The notes beneath the pieces are model-generated. The model made no database searches. It was not told the DNA's origin and worked only from the letters and a program-made list of their open reading frames with translations. From NCBI GenBank assembly GCA_038245905.1, contig JBBRRY010000013.1, positions 7,876-71,875 of the forward strand: a stretch of DNA of 64,000 nucleotides. The letters are read 5' to 3'. Each line of letters begins with the position of its first letter. The stretch's first letter is position 1. The position numbers and the translations under genes are program-made. This document shows, piece by piece, positions 54,284-63,256 of this stretch. This stretch comes from Thermoanaerobaculia bacterium (lineage in GTDB: Bacteria > Acidobacteriota > Thermoanaerobaculia > UBA5066).

Positions 54284-55408
54284 ATGATAGACAAACGTCC
54301 CATGCGCGTCGAATCCGCGGTGCTCCGCCACGTGGAGATGCCGCTCAAGTTCCGCTTCCGCACGTCGTTCGGCGAGACGGGCGTCAAGAAGTTCCTCCTC
54401 CTCGAACTCCGCGGCGAGGGCCTTTCCGGATGGGGCGAGTGCGTGGCCGAGGAAGGGCCGTTCTATTCGCCCGAGACGACCTCCACGGCGTCTTCCATCC
54501 TCACGGCGTACCTCTTGCCTCTCGTCCTCGGCAAGGTCGTCGCGTCTCCGGCCGCGTTCGACGAGGCCGCGAGGCGTGTGCGCGGAAACAGGATGGCGAA
54601 GGCCGCCGTGGAATGTGCGCTCCAGGACATGTTCGCGCGCGCCGCGAGCGTTCCGCTCGGGCGTTCTCTCGGGGGAACGCGCGACGCCATCGAGGTCGGC
54701 GTCTCGCTCGGAATCTCCCCGACGCCCGCCGAGACCGTCGAGAACGTGCGGAAACACGTGGCCGAGGGCTACAAGCGGATCAAGCTCAAGATCGAGCCGG
54801 GCAAGGACGCCGACCGCCTCGCGGCCGTCCGCGAGGCCTTTCCGGACATCACGCTCACGGTGGACGCGAATGCGGCCTACACGCTGGCCGACGCGGACCT
54901 ACTGCGCTCTCTCGACGCGTTCCGGCTCGACTACATGGAGCAGCCGCTGCATCACGAGGACGTCGTCGCCCATGCCGAGCTCGCGAAGACGCTCCAGACG
55001 CCGATCTGCCTCGACGAGTCGATCCGCTCGGCGGCGGACGCGGAGGCCGCGATCCATCTTGGCGCCTGCAGGGTCATCAACATCAAGATCGGCCGCGTCG
55101 GCGGCCACGCGGAGGCTGTGCGCATTCACGACGTCGCGCGCGCCGCGGGCGTCCCCGTGTGGTGCGGCGGCATGCTGGAGGCGGGCATCGGGCGCGCGCA
55201 CAACGTCGCGATCGCGAGCCTGCCGGGCTTCTCGAAGCCGGGGGACACGTCCTCTTCGTCGCGTTACTTCGAGGAGGACATCGTCGAGCCCGCGCTCGAG
55301 GCGAAGGAAGGGCTCATGCCCGTGCCGGCGGGTCCTGGTACCGGGGTCACGATCCGCCCTGACGTCCTCGGACGCGTTACGACTTCCATCCAGGAGCTTC
55401 GCGCGTGA
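54284..55408 (+). CDS. enolase-superfamily o-succinylbenzoate synthase / N-succinylamino-acid racemase (OSBS/NSAR subgroup)
   Basis: Catalytic KxK (RIKLKIEP), metal ligands in …TLTVDANAAY…, …DYMEQPL… and …ICLDESI…, and a second Lys in …NIKIGRVGG…. Confidence 0.75.
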   Translation: MIDKRPMRVESAVLRHVEMPLKFRFRTSFGETGVKKFLLLELRGEGLSGWGECVAEEGPFYSPETTSTASSILTAYLLPLVLGKVVASPAAFDEAARRVRGNRMAKAAVECALQDMFARAASVPLGRSLGGTRDAIEVGVSLGISPTPAETVENVRKHVAEGYKRIKLKIEPGKDADRLAAVREAFPDITLTVDANAAYTLADADLLRSLDAFRLDYMEQPLHHEDVVAHAELAKTLQTPICLDESIRSAADAEAAIHLGACRVINIKIGRVGGHAEAVRIHDVARAAGVPVWCGGMLEAGIGRAHNVAIASLPGFSKPGDTSSSSRYFEEDIVEPALEAKEGLMPVPAGPGTGVTIRPDVLGRVTTSIQELRA

Positions 55409-56547
55409 GTGCGCGTGTCGGCGAGCTTGCCGCGCTGTTCGAAGCGCGGAGGGGCTCGATGCTCCAGGATCTCGAGTCTCTCGTCATCCGCGAGAGCCCG
55501 TCGAGCGAGTCTTCCCTCGTCAGCGAGGTCGCGAGCTGGATTGCGGCGCGGCTCGGGAAATCGGGGATCACGGCCTCGTGCGTGCCCTGCGCGGGCCGGG
55601 GCGACGCCCTCCGCGTGCGGCTCGGCCCCGAGCGTGGGGGCGCGCTCCTGCTCGGCCACATCGACACGGTTTGGCCCTCCGGGACGCTGACGGAGATCCC
55701 GTTCCGGGTCGAGGAAGGCGTCGCCCGGGGGCCGGGCGTCTTCGATATGAAGGGCGGCGTGACGGTGGCGATCGCCGTCCTCGAGGCCCTCGCGCGCGGC
55801 GACGTGAAGGCCGCCGGGGGGGTGACCCTCTTCCTGACACCCGACGAAGAGGTCGGGAGCCACGCCTCCCGGGATCTCCTCGTCTCCGAGGCCTTGAAGC
55901 GGGATCGCGTGTTCGTTCTCGAGCCGTCCGGCGACGGTGGAGCCGCGAAGATCGCGCGCAAAGGGACCGGTCTCGTAACGGCGCGCTTCAGGGGCGTGGC
56001 CGCTCACGCGGGCCTCGAGCCGGAGAAAGGGGCTTCCGCTCTCCTCGAGATGTCGCGCTTCGCGCTTTTCGCCGACGCGCTCGCGGATCTTCCCTCGGGC
56101 ACCTCGGTCGTCCCGACCGTCGCGGCGTCCGGCACGGTGACGAACGTGGTCCCCGAAGAGGCGACGCTCTCGGTGGACTTCCGCCTCTGGACCGAGGCCG
56201 AAGGCGCGCGCGTCGTCGCGGGACTCCACGCCTACCGGCCCGCGAACGCGCGCGTGGCGGTCTCCCTAGAAGGCGGCGTCAACCGGCCGCCGATGGAGGC
56301 GACCGAGGACTCGCTCGCGCTCTATCGACGCGCGGCGGCGCTCGCCCAGGCGCTCGGCTTTTCGATGCCCGGCGCCCGCGTGGGGGGCGGCTCCGACGGA
56401 AACCTCACGGCCTCGGCCGGAGTCCCCACGCTCGACGGCCTGGGGCCGTCCGGCGCCGGCGCGCACGCGCGCACGGAGCATCTCTTCGTGGACGACCTCC
56501 CGCGCCGGGCGGCGCTTCTCGCGGCCCTGCTCGAAGACGCGGCATGA
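55405..56547 (+). CDS. M20-family metallo-amidohydrolase (ArgE/DapE/N-acyl-L-amino acid deacylase-like)
   Basis: …LLGHIDTVW…, …VFDMKGG… and …EEVGS… metal-binding motifs. GTG start overlapping the racemase stop. Confidence 0.7.
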   Translation: MSARVGELAALFEARRGSMLQDLESLVIRESPSSESSLVSEVASWIAARLGKSGITASCVPCAGRGDALRVRLGPERGGALLLGHIDTVWPSGTLTEIPFRVEEGVARGPGVFDMKGGVTVAIAVLEALARGDVKAAGGVTLFLTPDEEVGSHASRDLLVSEALKRDRVFVLEPSGDGGAAKIARKGTGLVTARFRGVAAHAGLEPEKGASALLEMSRFALFADALADLPSGTSVVPTVAASGTVTNVVPEEATLSVDFRLWTEAEGARVVAGLHAYRPANARVAVSLEGGVNRPPMEATEDSLALYRRAAALAQALGFSMPGARVGGGSDGNLTASAGVPTLDGLGPSGAGAHARTEHLFVDDLPRRAALLAALLEDAA

Positions 56548-57329
56548 GCGGACGTCTCGTGATCCGCGAGCTCCGGACCCCGGACGAGTTCATCGAGACG
56601 ACGCACGTCTCGAAGGCGGCCTGGGGTTTCGCCGAGCGCGCCGTTTCGCCCGCGAGCGACCTCGTGGCCGCGACGCACGCGGGAGGCCTCACGGCCGGCG
56701 CGTTCCTCGGCGGGAAGATGGTCGGGTTCGTTCACGGCATCCCGCGCACGAACAGCGGGGAGCCCTGCCAGCACTCGCACCTTCTCGCCGTGAAGCCCGA
56801 GGCGCAGGGGCGCGGACTCTCCGTGAGGCTCAAGCTCTACCAGCGCTCGTGGTGCCTCGCGCGGGGCATCCGCCTCGTGACGTGGACGTACGATCCCTTC
56901 CTCCTCAAGAACGCGAAGCTGAACATCGGGCATCTCCGGGCGACCGTCCGCACGTTCTACCCGAATTTCTACGGGCTCATGGGCGGCATCTACGCGGGCC
57001 TCCCGTCCGACCGATTCGAGGTCGCGTGGCGGCTCACCGATCCGGCGGTCGTGCGCGCCGCCGCGGGCGAGCCCCGTCCGCGGCTGGAAGTCGAAGGGCT
57101 GCCCGTGGCGCGGAGCCCCCGGTCCCTCCCGAATGCGCAGCGCCTCCTCCTCCCGTTCCCGGCGGGCGCACCGCGCATCTACCGGACCGATCACGACGAA
57201 ACGCTGAAGGAGCGCCATCGCTTCGCAGCGGTCGTGAAGCCGCTCTTCTCCCGGGGCTACGCGGTCACGGACGTCGTCGTCCGCGTGGACGGGACGCCGG
57301 CGTATGTTCTCGAGCGGACGGACACCTGA
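56544..57329 (+). CDS. GNAT-family N-acyltransferase
   Basis: …HSHLLAVKPEAQGRGLSVRLKLYQ… acyl-CoA-binding motif. ATGA overlap with the M20 gene. Confidence 0.6.
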   Translation: MSGRLVIRELRTPDEFIETTHVSKAAWGFAERAVSPASDLVAATHAGGLTAGAFLGGKMVGFVHGIPRTNSGEPCQHSHLLAVKPEAQGRGLSVRLKLYQRSWCLARGIRLVTWTYDPFLLKNAKLNIGHLRATVRTFYPNFYGLMGGIYAGLPSDRFEVAWRLTDPAVVRAAAGEPRPRLEVEGLPVARSPRSLPNAQRLLLPFPAGAPRIYRTDHDETLKERHRFAAVVKPLFSRGYAVTDVVVRVDGTPAYVLERTDT

Positions 57330-57398
57330 GCCCCGGGGCGGGGCATAATCCCGACAGAATTCCAGACGGCCCGACGGGCAAACAATGAAGGAGACACC

Positions 57399-57698
57399 AT
57401 GAAGAAGAACCTGTTCCGCGTCCTCGCTCCCGCCGCGTTCCTCCTCTTCTCGACCGCCGCGCTCGCCGTCGACGACTTCCAGGTGACGGGCAACGTCACG
57501 GAGAAGACGACCGACTCGATCACGGTCATGAAGGGCAAGGAGCGCTTCCAGATCGCGATCGACAAGGACACGAAGGGCGAGGCGAAGGTCGGCGACAAGG
57601 TCACGATCAAGTACAAGATGCACGGCTCGTCGATCGAGGTGAAGGGCGCGAAGGTCGCAAAGCCCGCGGCCGAGAAGAAGATGAAGAAGGCCGCCTAG
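57399..57698 (+). CDS. small secreted Lys-rich protein of unknown function
   Basis: Signal peptide MKKNLFRVLAPAAFLLFSTAALA, 99 aa, SD AAGGAG 7 nt upstream, and somewhat lower GC than its neighbours. Confidence 0.55.
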   Translation: MKKNLFRVLAPAAFLLFSTAALAVDDFQVTGNVTEKTTDSITVMKGKERFQIAIDKDTKGEAKVGDKVTIKYKMHGSSIEVKGAKVAKPAAEKKMKKAA

Positions 57699-57702
57699 CT
57701 CT

Positions 57703-58614
57703 TCAGGGGGCGGTCAGCGACCAGGAGTCGTTCGACGGGTCCACGTCGGGCCCCGGACCGACGAGCGTCGCTTTGCACGTCCAGCCCGCCGCGGGGGCGG
57801 GAAGGAGTCCGGCTCCGGCAGCGCCGAACAGGACGCTGCCGGAGGCCGGTTTCTCCGCCGTCATGGCCGAAGAGCCCGGCTTGCTGCAGTCGAGGCGCAG
57901 GGTGCGCTTCACCGCTCCGACCGGCGTCACGAACATCTGGTTTCCAATTCGCTTCGAGAGGACGGCGACCCTCACGTTCACCGTCGGCGGCGCGGACATC
58001 GCGTCCTCGAACGTGATCCCGCTGATTCCGTAGTCGAACTCCGGCCCCCACGAGATCGACTTGGAGGGCGGACCGGGGCGTCCCCGGGGCGGCGCGAGCC
58101 CGACCGTGCACGTCCAGGCCGGCCCGTCGTCGAGGAGCTTCTCCGGCTGATCGGTGGGAAGGCCTCCGAAAGGATTCGCGTAGGAGGGGAACGGGATATT
58201 CGGGAAAGGCGGCTGCGCCGGCGCATCGGGTGCCGTCTGGTCGTTTTCGATGATCTTGACGTCGAGGTGCCCGTGCGCCGCCACCTCCTTCACGAGACGG
58301 CGCACCGTCCGCGCGGGAGCCGACAGGCTCGTGCACTTCAGCTCGATCCCGTGAGTGCCCTTCGGGGAGGGATCGGCCGATGCGTTGAAAAGCCTCGCGA
58401 CGACGTCGGACCCGCCCGTGTAGAACACGTTGCCGATCGTGCCTCCGATCTGCCGCTCGACGGAGGTGACCCCGAGTCCGGGCGGCGGCCCGTAGACCTG
58501 CTTCTGGGGCGCGGCCGGCGGCGTAGCGGAGATGGCGGACTTCGTCCCCGTTTCGGCAACGGCGGAGCCGGCGGCGAGGATCAGGGCGGCGAGGATGGGA
58601 ACGGGACGCGGCAT
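57703..58614 (-). CDS. secreted protein of unknown function (4 Cys)
   Basis: Signal peptide MPRPVPILAALILAAGSAVA, 303 aa, Pro/Gly-rich loops, no recognisable motif. Confidence 0.5.
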   Translation of the reverse strand: MPRPVPILAALILAAGSAVAETGTKSAISATPPAAPQKQVYGPPPGLGVTSVERQIGGTIGNVFYTGGSDVVARLFNASADPSPKGTHGIELKCTSLSAPARTVRRLVKEVAAHGHLDVKIIENDQTAPDAPAQPPFPNIPFPSYANPFGGLPTDQPEKLLDDGPAWTCTVGLAPPRGRPGPPSKSISWGPEFDYGISGITFEDAMSAPPTVNVRVAVLSKRIGNQMFVTPVGAVKRTLRLDCSKPGSSAMTAEKPASGSVLFGAAGAGLLPAPAAGWTCKATLVGPGPDVDPSNDSWSLTAP

Positions 58615-58671
58615 GGCGGCCTCCGCCTGGAAAGACGTGCCGGGCGGCCGTGCGGCATAGACCCCCTGGGT

Positions 58672-59754
58672 TCAGGCCTTCGCCAGCTCCTGCTTGAGCT
58701 TCTCGGCTTGGAAGTGCGCGACGAGAGGTTCGATCAGCTCGTCGAGGCGCCCGTCGAGGACGTCGTTCAGCCGGTGGGACGTGAACCCGATGCGGTGGTC
58801 CGTCACTCGGCTCTGCGGAAAGTTGTAGGTCCGGATCTTCTCGGACCGGTCGCCCGAGCCGACCATCTTCTTCCGGTCGGCGGCGTAAGCGGCGTCCTTC
58901 TTCTCGCGTTCCGCTTCGTAAATGCGCGCCTTGAGGACGCGCATCGCTTTCGCCTTGTTCTTGACCTGCGAGCGCTCGTCCTGGCACTGGACGACGACGC
59001 CCGTCGGAATGTGCGTCAGGCGCACGGCCGAATACGTCGTGTTGACGCCCTGGCCGCCCGGCCCCGAGGCGCAGAAGAGATCCACGCGGACGTCCTTGTC
59101 GAGGATCTCGACGTCGACGTCCTCCGCCTCGGGCAGGATCGCGACCGTGGCGGCCGACGTGTGGATTCTCCCGGCGGCCTCGGTGGCGGGGACGCGCTGG
59201 ACGCGGTGGACGCCGCCTTCGTATTTAAGGCGCGAGAAGGCGCCCTCGCCCTCGACGATCGCCTGGACTTCCTTGAGGCCCCCGGCGCCGCCGGAGTCGC
59301 TCCGGTCGATGATCTCGACTCTCCAGCCGCGCCCTTCGGCATAGCGCACGTACATCCGGAGGAGCTCTTCGGCGAACAGCGCCGCCTCGTCGCCGCCGGT
59401 CCCGGCCCGTATCTCGAGGACCACGTTCTTGCCGTCGTTCGGGTCTTTCGGCAGGAGGAGAAGGCGGATCTCTTCCTCGATGGCGCCCCGCCGGGCCCGC
59501 AGGCTCTCGAACTCCTGCTGCGCGATCGGCCGCAGCTCGTCCGCGGGCGGAAGCGTGTCGAGCAGCTCCTCGGCGCCGGCGAGCTCGGTGTCGATCCGCT
59601 TGCGCTCGCGATTCTTCTCGACGACCGGCAGGATCTCGTGCATGGCGCGCATCGTCTTCGTCGCGAGGGTGTGATCCGCGAGAACGTCGGGCGAGGCCGC
59701 GCGCGCCTCGAGATCGGCGTACCGGCGTTCGATCTCGTCGAGCTTCTGAAACAT
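58672..59754 (-). CDS. prfA: peptide chain release factor 1
   Basis: PxT-like/PAT region, GGQ motif (…[11 protein letters not shown]…) and the RF-1 domain order. Confidence 0.95.
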   Translation of the reverse strand: MFQKLDEIERRYADLEARAASPDVLADHTLATKTMRAMHEILPVVEKNRERKRIDTELAGAEELLDTLPPADELRPIAQQEFESLRARRGAIEEEIRLLLLPKDPNDGKNVVLEIRAGTGGDEAALFAEELLRMYVRYAEGRGWRVEIIDRSDSGGAGGLKEVQAIVEGEGAFSRLKYEGGVHRVQRVPATEAAGRIHTSAATVAILPEAEDVDVEILDKDVRVDLFCASGPGGQGVNTTYSAVRLTHIPTGVVVQCQDERSQVKNKAKAMRVLKARIYEAEREKKDAAYAADRKKMVGSGDRSEKIRTYNFPQSRVTDHRIGFTSHRLNDVLDGRLDELIEPLVAHFQAEKLKQELAKA

Positions 59755-59794
59755 GGGAGGCGGACGCAGGCGACCCGAACGGGCCGCCGACGCC

Positions 59795-60043
59795 TCAAGC
59801 GGTGGTGGCGGGCTCGGGCTTGGACTTGGCTGCCGCGGGCTTCGGCGTGTTCGCGTAACGCTTCTGGAAACGCTCGACGCGGCCGGCCGTGTCGACGAGC
59901 TTGGACTTGCCCGTGAAGAACGGGTGGCAATTGGAGCAGATTTCGAGACGGAGCTCGGTCTTCGTGCTCTTCGTCTTCCACGTGGTTCCGCACGCGCAGT
60001 GCACGTCGACGTCGTGGTACTCGGGGTGGATCTTTTCCTTCAT
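59795..60043 (-). CDS. rpmE: 50S ribosomal protein L31
   Basis: [19 protein letters not shown]…[11 protein letters not shown] (Zn-ribbon type A). The ATG at 60043 was preferred (GGAGAAG SD) over the GTG at 60058. Confidence 0.9.
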   Translation of the reverse strand: MKEKIHPEYHDVDVHCACGTTWKTKSTKTELRLEICSNCHPFFTGKSKLVDTAGRVERFQKRYANTPKPAAAKSKPEPATTA

Positions 60044-60069
60044 GGACTTCTCCTTCACGGCTTCGCCGC

Positions 60070-61821
60070 ATGGTGAGCGACGCCGGAACCGCGGAGAATA
60101 ACACGGGCGGGCCTGTTCGCGAGCGCGCCGAACCGATTGTTATTGCTAGACTTCGCCTCGTGCTCGTCCTCAATGTGCGGGTGCCGGGGGAGCCGGCGCG
60201 CCGAATCCTGCTCGATCGCCCGGTCCTGACGCTGGGCCGCTCCTCCACGAACGACGTGCCCCTCGGGGACCGCACGCTCTCGCGCGTTCACGCGCGAATC
60301 GAAGGCGTCGAGGGCGGGGGCGCCCTCCGGCTCGTCGACCTCGGCTCGCGCAACGGCACGTCCCTGAACGGTGTGCGTATCACCGTGCCCGTGCCGCTCG
60401 CGGCGGGAGACCGAATTCAGCTCGGCGAGACGCTGGTGGAAGTTATCGAGGAATCCACGACACGCGTCGTCATCGACGGCTTCGGGGAAGAAAGCTCGAA
60501 GCGAACGACGTTCCTGCAGTCCTCCAAGGACCTCCTGCGCCCGCACAAGCAGGCCTGGGATTCGAAGCTCGGGGCCGAAGAGCTGGCGCGCCTGAACGCG
60601 ACGCTTCGGATGCTCAACGAAATTTCGGTGGACATGCTCGGGGACATTCCGCTTCCCCGCCTCGTCGACCTCGTCCTCGAGAAGACGTTCACGTTCCTCC
60701 AGCCCGATCGGGGCCTCCTGATGCTGGCGGACGATCAGGGCGAGCTGAAATCCGAGAAGGTGAAGTACGCGGCCGGCGTGGATCCTTCGGACATCCGGCT
60801 CAGCAAGACGCTCATCCAGTCGGTCGTCGACAAGAAGAACGGCGTCCTCCTGATCGACGCCGCCACGGACGCGGGCCTCGGAGCCGCCGAGTCGATCCGG
60901 ATTCTGGGCATCACGTCGTGCATGGCGGCGCCGCTCTTCGTCGAGGACAAGGTCATCGGCCTCATCTACCTCGAGGTGCGGCTCGGGCGGAAGAGCTTCA
61001 GCGAAGAGGATCTCCGCCTACTCACGTCCCTCGCGAACACGGCCGCGATCAAGATTCAGAACCTGCGCCTTCAAGAGGGCGCCGCGGCGCGCCAGCGCAT
61101 CGAGCGCGAGATGGCGCTGGCATGGGAGATCCAGCGCCGCCTCCTGCCGGAGGCCGAGCCGACGCTTCCCCACACGGAGCTTCTCGGACGGACCGTGCCC
61201 TCGCGCACGGTCTCTGGGGACTACTACGACTTCTTCGAACGCGGGGACAAGTCGCTCGACGTGGTCGTCGCGGACGTGAGCGGAAAGGGAATGGGCGCGT
61301 CGATTCTCGCGGCCTCGGTGCAGGCGGCCTTCCAGGTGTGGGCCGGTGAGCATTTTCCACCGGGCCTGCTCTGCACGCGCCTCAACGACATGGTGTTCCG
61401 GCGCACGAGCCCCGAGAAGTTCATCACGTTCTTCCTCGCGCTCTACGACCCGGAGTCCGGCTCGGTCGTCTTCACGAACGCGGGCCACAACCCCGGCATC
61501 CTCGTGCGCAAGGACGGGACGTCGGAGCTTCTCGGAGCGCACGGACCGCCGCTCGGGATGTTCGCGGGAAAGACCTACGGCTCGGGCACGTTCACGATGG
61601 CCGAGGGCGATCTCCTCGCCCTTTATACGGACGGCGTGACCGAGGCCGCGAATCCGGAAGACGAGGAATTCGGAACGCCGCGGCTCGTGGAGACGCTCGT
61701 CAACGCGCGCGCTCTCTCCGTCGAGGAGATCGAGGCCGAGCTCGGCGCGGCGCTCGTGGTGTTTACCGCCGGGACTCCGTTCGGAGACGACCGGACCTTC
61801 GTTCTCCTGAAGAGAACCTAA
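60070..61821 (+). CDS. FHA-GAF-PP2C (SpoIIE/RsbU-like) serine/threonine phosphatase
   Basis: FHA core (…[24 protein letters not shown]…GSRNGT…), a GAF region, and a C-terminal PP2C (…VSGDYYDFF…[13 protein letters not shown]…YTDGVTEA…). The true start may be the in-frame GTG at 60160. Confidence 0.75.
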   Translation: MVSDAGTAENNTGGPVRERAEPIVIARLRLVLVLNVRVPGEPARRILLDRPVLTLGRSSTNDVPLGDRTLSRVHARIEGVEGGGALRLVDLGSRNGTSLNGVRITVPVPLAAGDRIQLGETLVEVIEESTTRVVIDGFGEESSKRTTFLQSSKDLLRPHKQAWDSKLGAEELARLNATLRMLNEISVDMLGDIPLPRLVDLVLEKTFTFLQPDRGLLMLADDQGELKSEKVKYAAGVDPSDIRLSKTLIQSVVDKKNGVLLIDAATDAGLGAAESIRILGITSCMAAPLFVEDKVIGLIYLEVRLGRKSFSEEDLRLLTSLANTAAIKIQNLRLQEGAAARQRIEREMALAWEIQRRLLPEAEPTLPHTELLGRTVPSRTVSGDYYDFFERGDKSLDVVVADVSGKGMGASILAASVQAAFQVWAGEHFPPGLLCTRLNDMVFRRTSPEKFITFFLALYDPESGSVVFTNAGHNPGILVRKDGTSELLGAHGPPLGMFAGKTYGSGTFTMAEGDLLALYTDGVTEAANPEDEEFGTPRLVETLVNARALSVEEIEAELGAALVVFTAGTPFGDDRTFVLLKRT

Positions 61822-61823
61822 AT

Positions 61824-63248
61824 CTAGAGCCCCGTCGCGCGGGACGGCGCGGCCGGCTCGGGCTCGTTCGCCTCTTTTCCGTCTTTTGCGTCGCGCGGCA
61901 GCATGCCGTGGCGCTTCAGCATCTCGTTCAGCGTCGTCGGCTTGAGGCCGAGGAGCTCTGCGGCGCGCTTCTGGACGCCCGACGCGCGTTGAAGCGCGGC
62001 CGAGAGGAGCGCGCGCTCGTAGGCGGCGACGGCGTCCTTGAACGAGAGCCCTTCGGCGGGCAGCGCGGCGGCGCGCGGCACAGAGCGCCGGACGGTGTCG
62101 GGAAGCTGGTCGAGGTCGATCACTCCGTGGCCGAGGACGAGCGCCCGCTCGAGGACGTTTTCCAGCTCGCGGACGTTGCCCGGCCAGTCGTGGTCGAGGA
62201 GCGCCTTCATGACGGCGGGCGTGACGGACGGCACCGCCTTGCCATTCTCGGAGGCGGCCCGGGCAAGCAGCGTCTCCACGAGGAGGGGCACGTCCTCGCG
62301 GCGTTCGCGGAGGGGCGGGAGGGGGATCGTGATGACGCAGAGCCGGTAGAAGAGGTCCTCGCGGAAGCGTCCTTCCGCGACGAGCCGGGGCAGGTCGGCA
62401 TTCGTGGCCGCGATGACGCGCACGTCGGCGTACTGAGGTTCGATCGCGCCCACGGGCAGGAACTCCCGCTCCTGCAGGACGCGCAGGAGCTTCGCCTGAG
62501 TCTCGATCGGCACCGTTCCGATCTCGTCGAAGAAGATCGTGCCCTGGTCGGCGGCCTTGAACAGGCCCTTCTTGTCGGCGACCGCGCCGGTGAACGAGCC
62601 GCGCACGTGGCCGAAGAGGTTCGACTCCAGGAGGTCGGGCGGGAGCGCCCCGGAATGCACGGTGACGAACGGGCCCGACGCCCGCGGAGACAACCGGTGG
62701 AGGGCCTTTGCGACGAGCTCCTTTCCCGTGCCGCTCTCGCCGGTGATGAGGATCGTCGAGCGCGCCGCTGCTGCCTGGCGGATCGTCTCGAAGACGCGTT
62801 CCATCGACGGGGAGCGGCCGATGATCTCCTTCAGGCCCGGCGGGACGTTGAGCCGCGCCTTGAGGGCGCGGTTCTCGGCCACGAGCTGCCTCTTCTCGAG
62901 CGCCTGCTTGACGACGTGCACGACCTCTTCGTTCCGGAAGGGCTTGGGCAGGTAGTGAAACGCGCCCTGGCGCATCGCGGAGATCGCGCTTTCGACGGAT
63001 GAGTACGCGGTCACCACTACGACGGGCACCTCGGGATGCCGCGCCTTTACCTCCGAGAGAACTTCGAGGCCGGGCCGGTCCGGGAGCATGAGGTCGAGGA
63101 GCAGGAGGTCGATGGGCTCTTTCTCGAGACGCTCGAGCCCCTCGGCCGCGGTCGCGGCTTCGCGCGTCACGAATCCGGCCTTCGCGAGGACGGATCCCAG
63201 CACGTCGCGGATGACAGGCTCGTCGTCGAGGATCAGGACGGTGGGCAT
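61824..63248 (-). CDS. sigma54-dependent two-component response regulator (NtrC family: REC + AAA+ + HTH)
   Basis: REC (…LILDDEP…LLLLDLMLPD…), Walker A GESGTGKEL, a GSFTGA variant of the GAFTGA loop, and a C-terminal HTH. Confidence 0.9.
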   Translation of the reverse strand: MPTVLILDDEPVIRDVLGSVLAKAGFVTREAATAAEGLERLEKEPIDLLLLDLMLPDRPGLEVLSEVKARHPEVPVVVVTAYSSVESAISAMRQGAFHYLPKPFRNEEVVHVVKQALEKRQLVAENRALKARLNVPPGLKEIIGRSPSMERVFETIRQAAAARSTILITGESGTGKELVAKALHRLSPRASGPFVTVHSGALPPDLLESNLFGHVRGSFTGAVADKKGLFKAADQGTIFFDEIGTVPIETQAKLLRVLQEREFLPVGAIEPQYADVRVIAATNADLPRLVAEGRFREDLFYRLCVITIPLPPLRERREDVPLLVETLLARAASENGKAVPSVTPAVMKALLDHDWPGNVRELENVLERALVLGHGVIDLDQLPDTVRRSVPRAAALPAEGLSFKDAVAAYERALLSAALQRASGVQKRAAELLGLKPTTLNEMLKRHGMLPRDAKDGKEANEPEPAAPSRATGL

Positions 63249-63256
63249 TGTGTTTT

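Noticed and set aside
57330-57398. A CCCCG-GGG-CGGGG hairpin after the GNAT gene, considered as a possible intrinsic terminator
   Set aside because: There is no U-tract after it, and the next gene starts 60 nt later with its own SD. Too weak to call.
60131-60152. TTATTGCTAGACTTCG upstream of the FHA gene shares 'TAGACT' with the ahpC/rbr palindrome
   Set aside because: It is a single half-site with no inverted partner and is probably coincidental.
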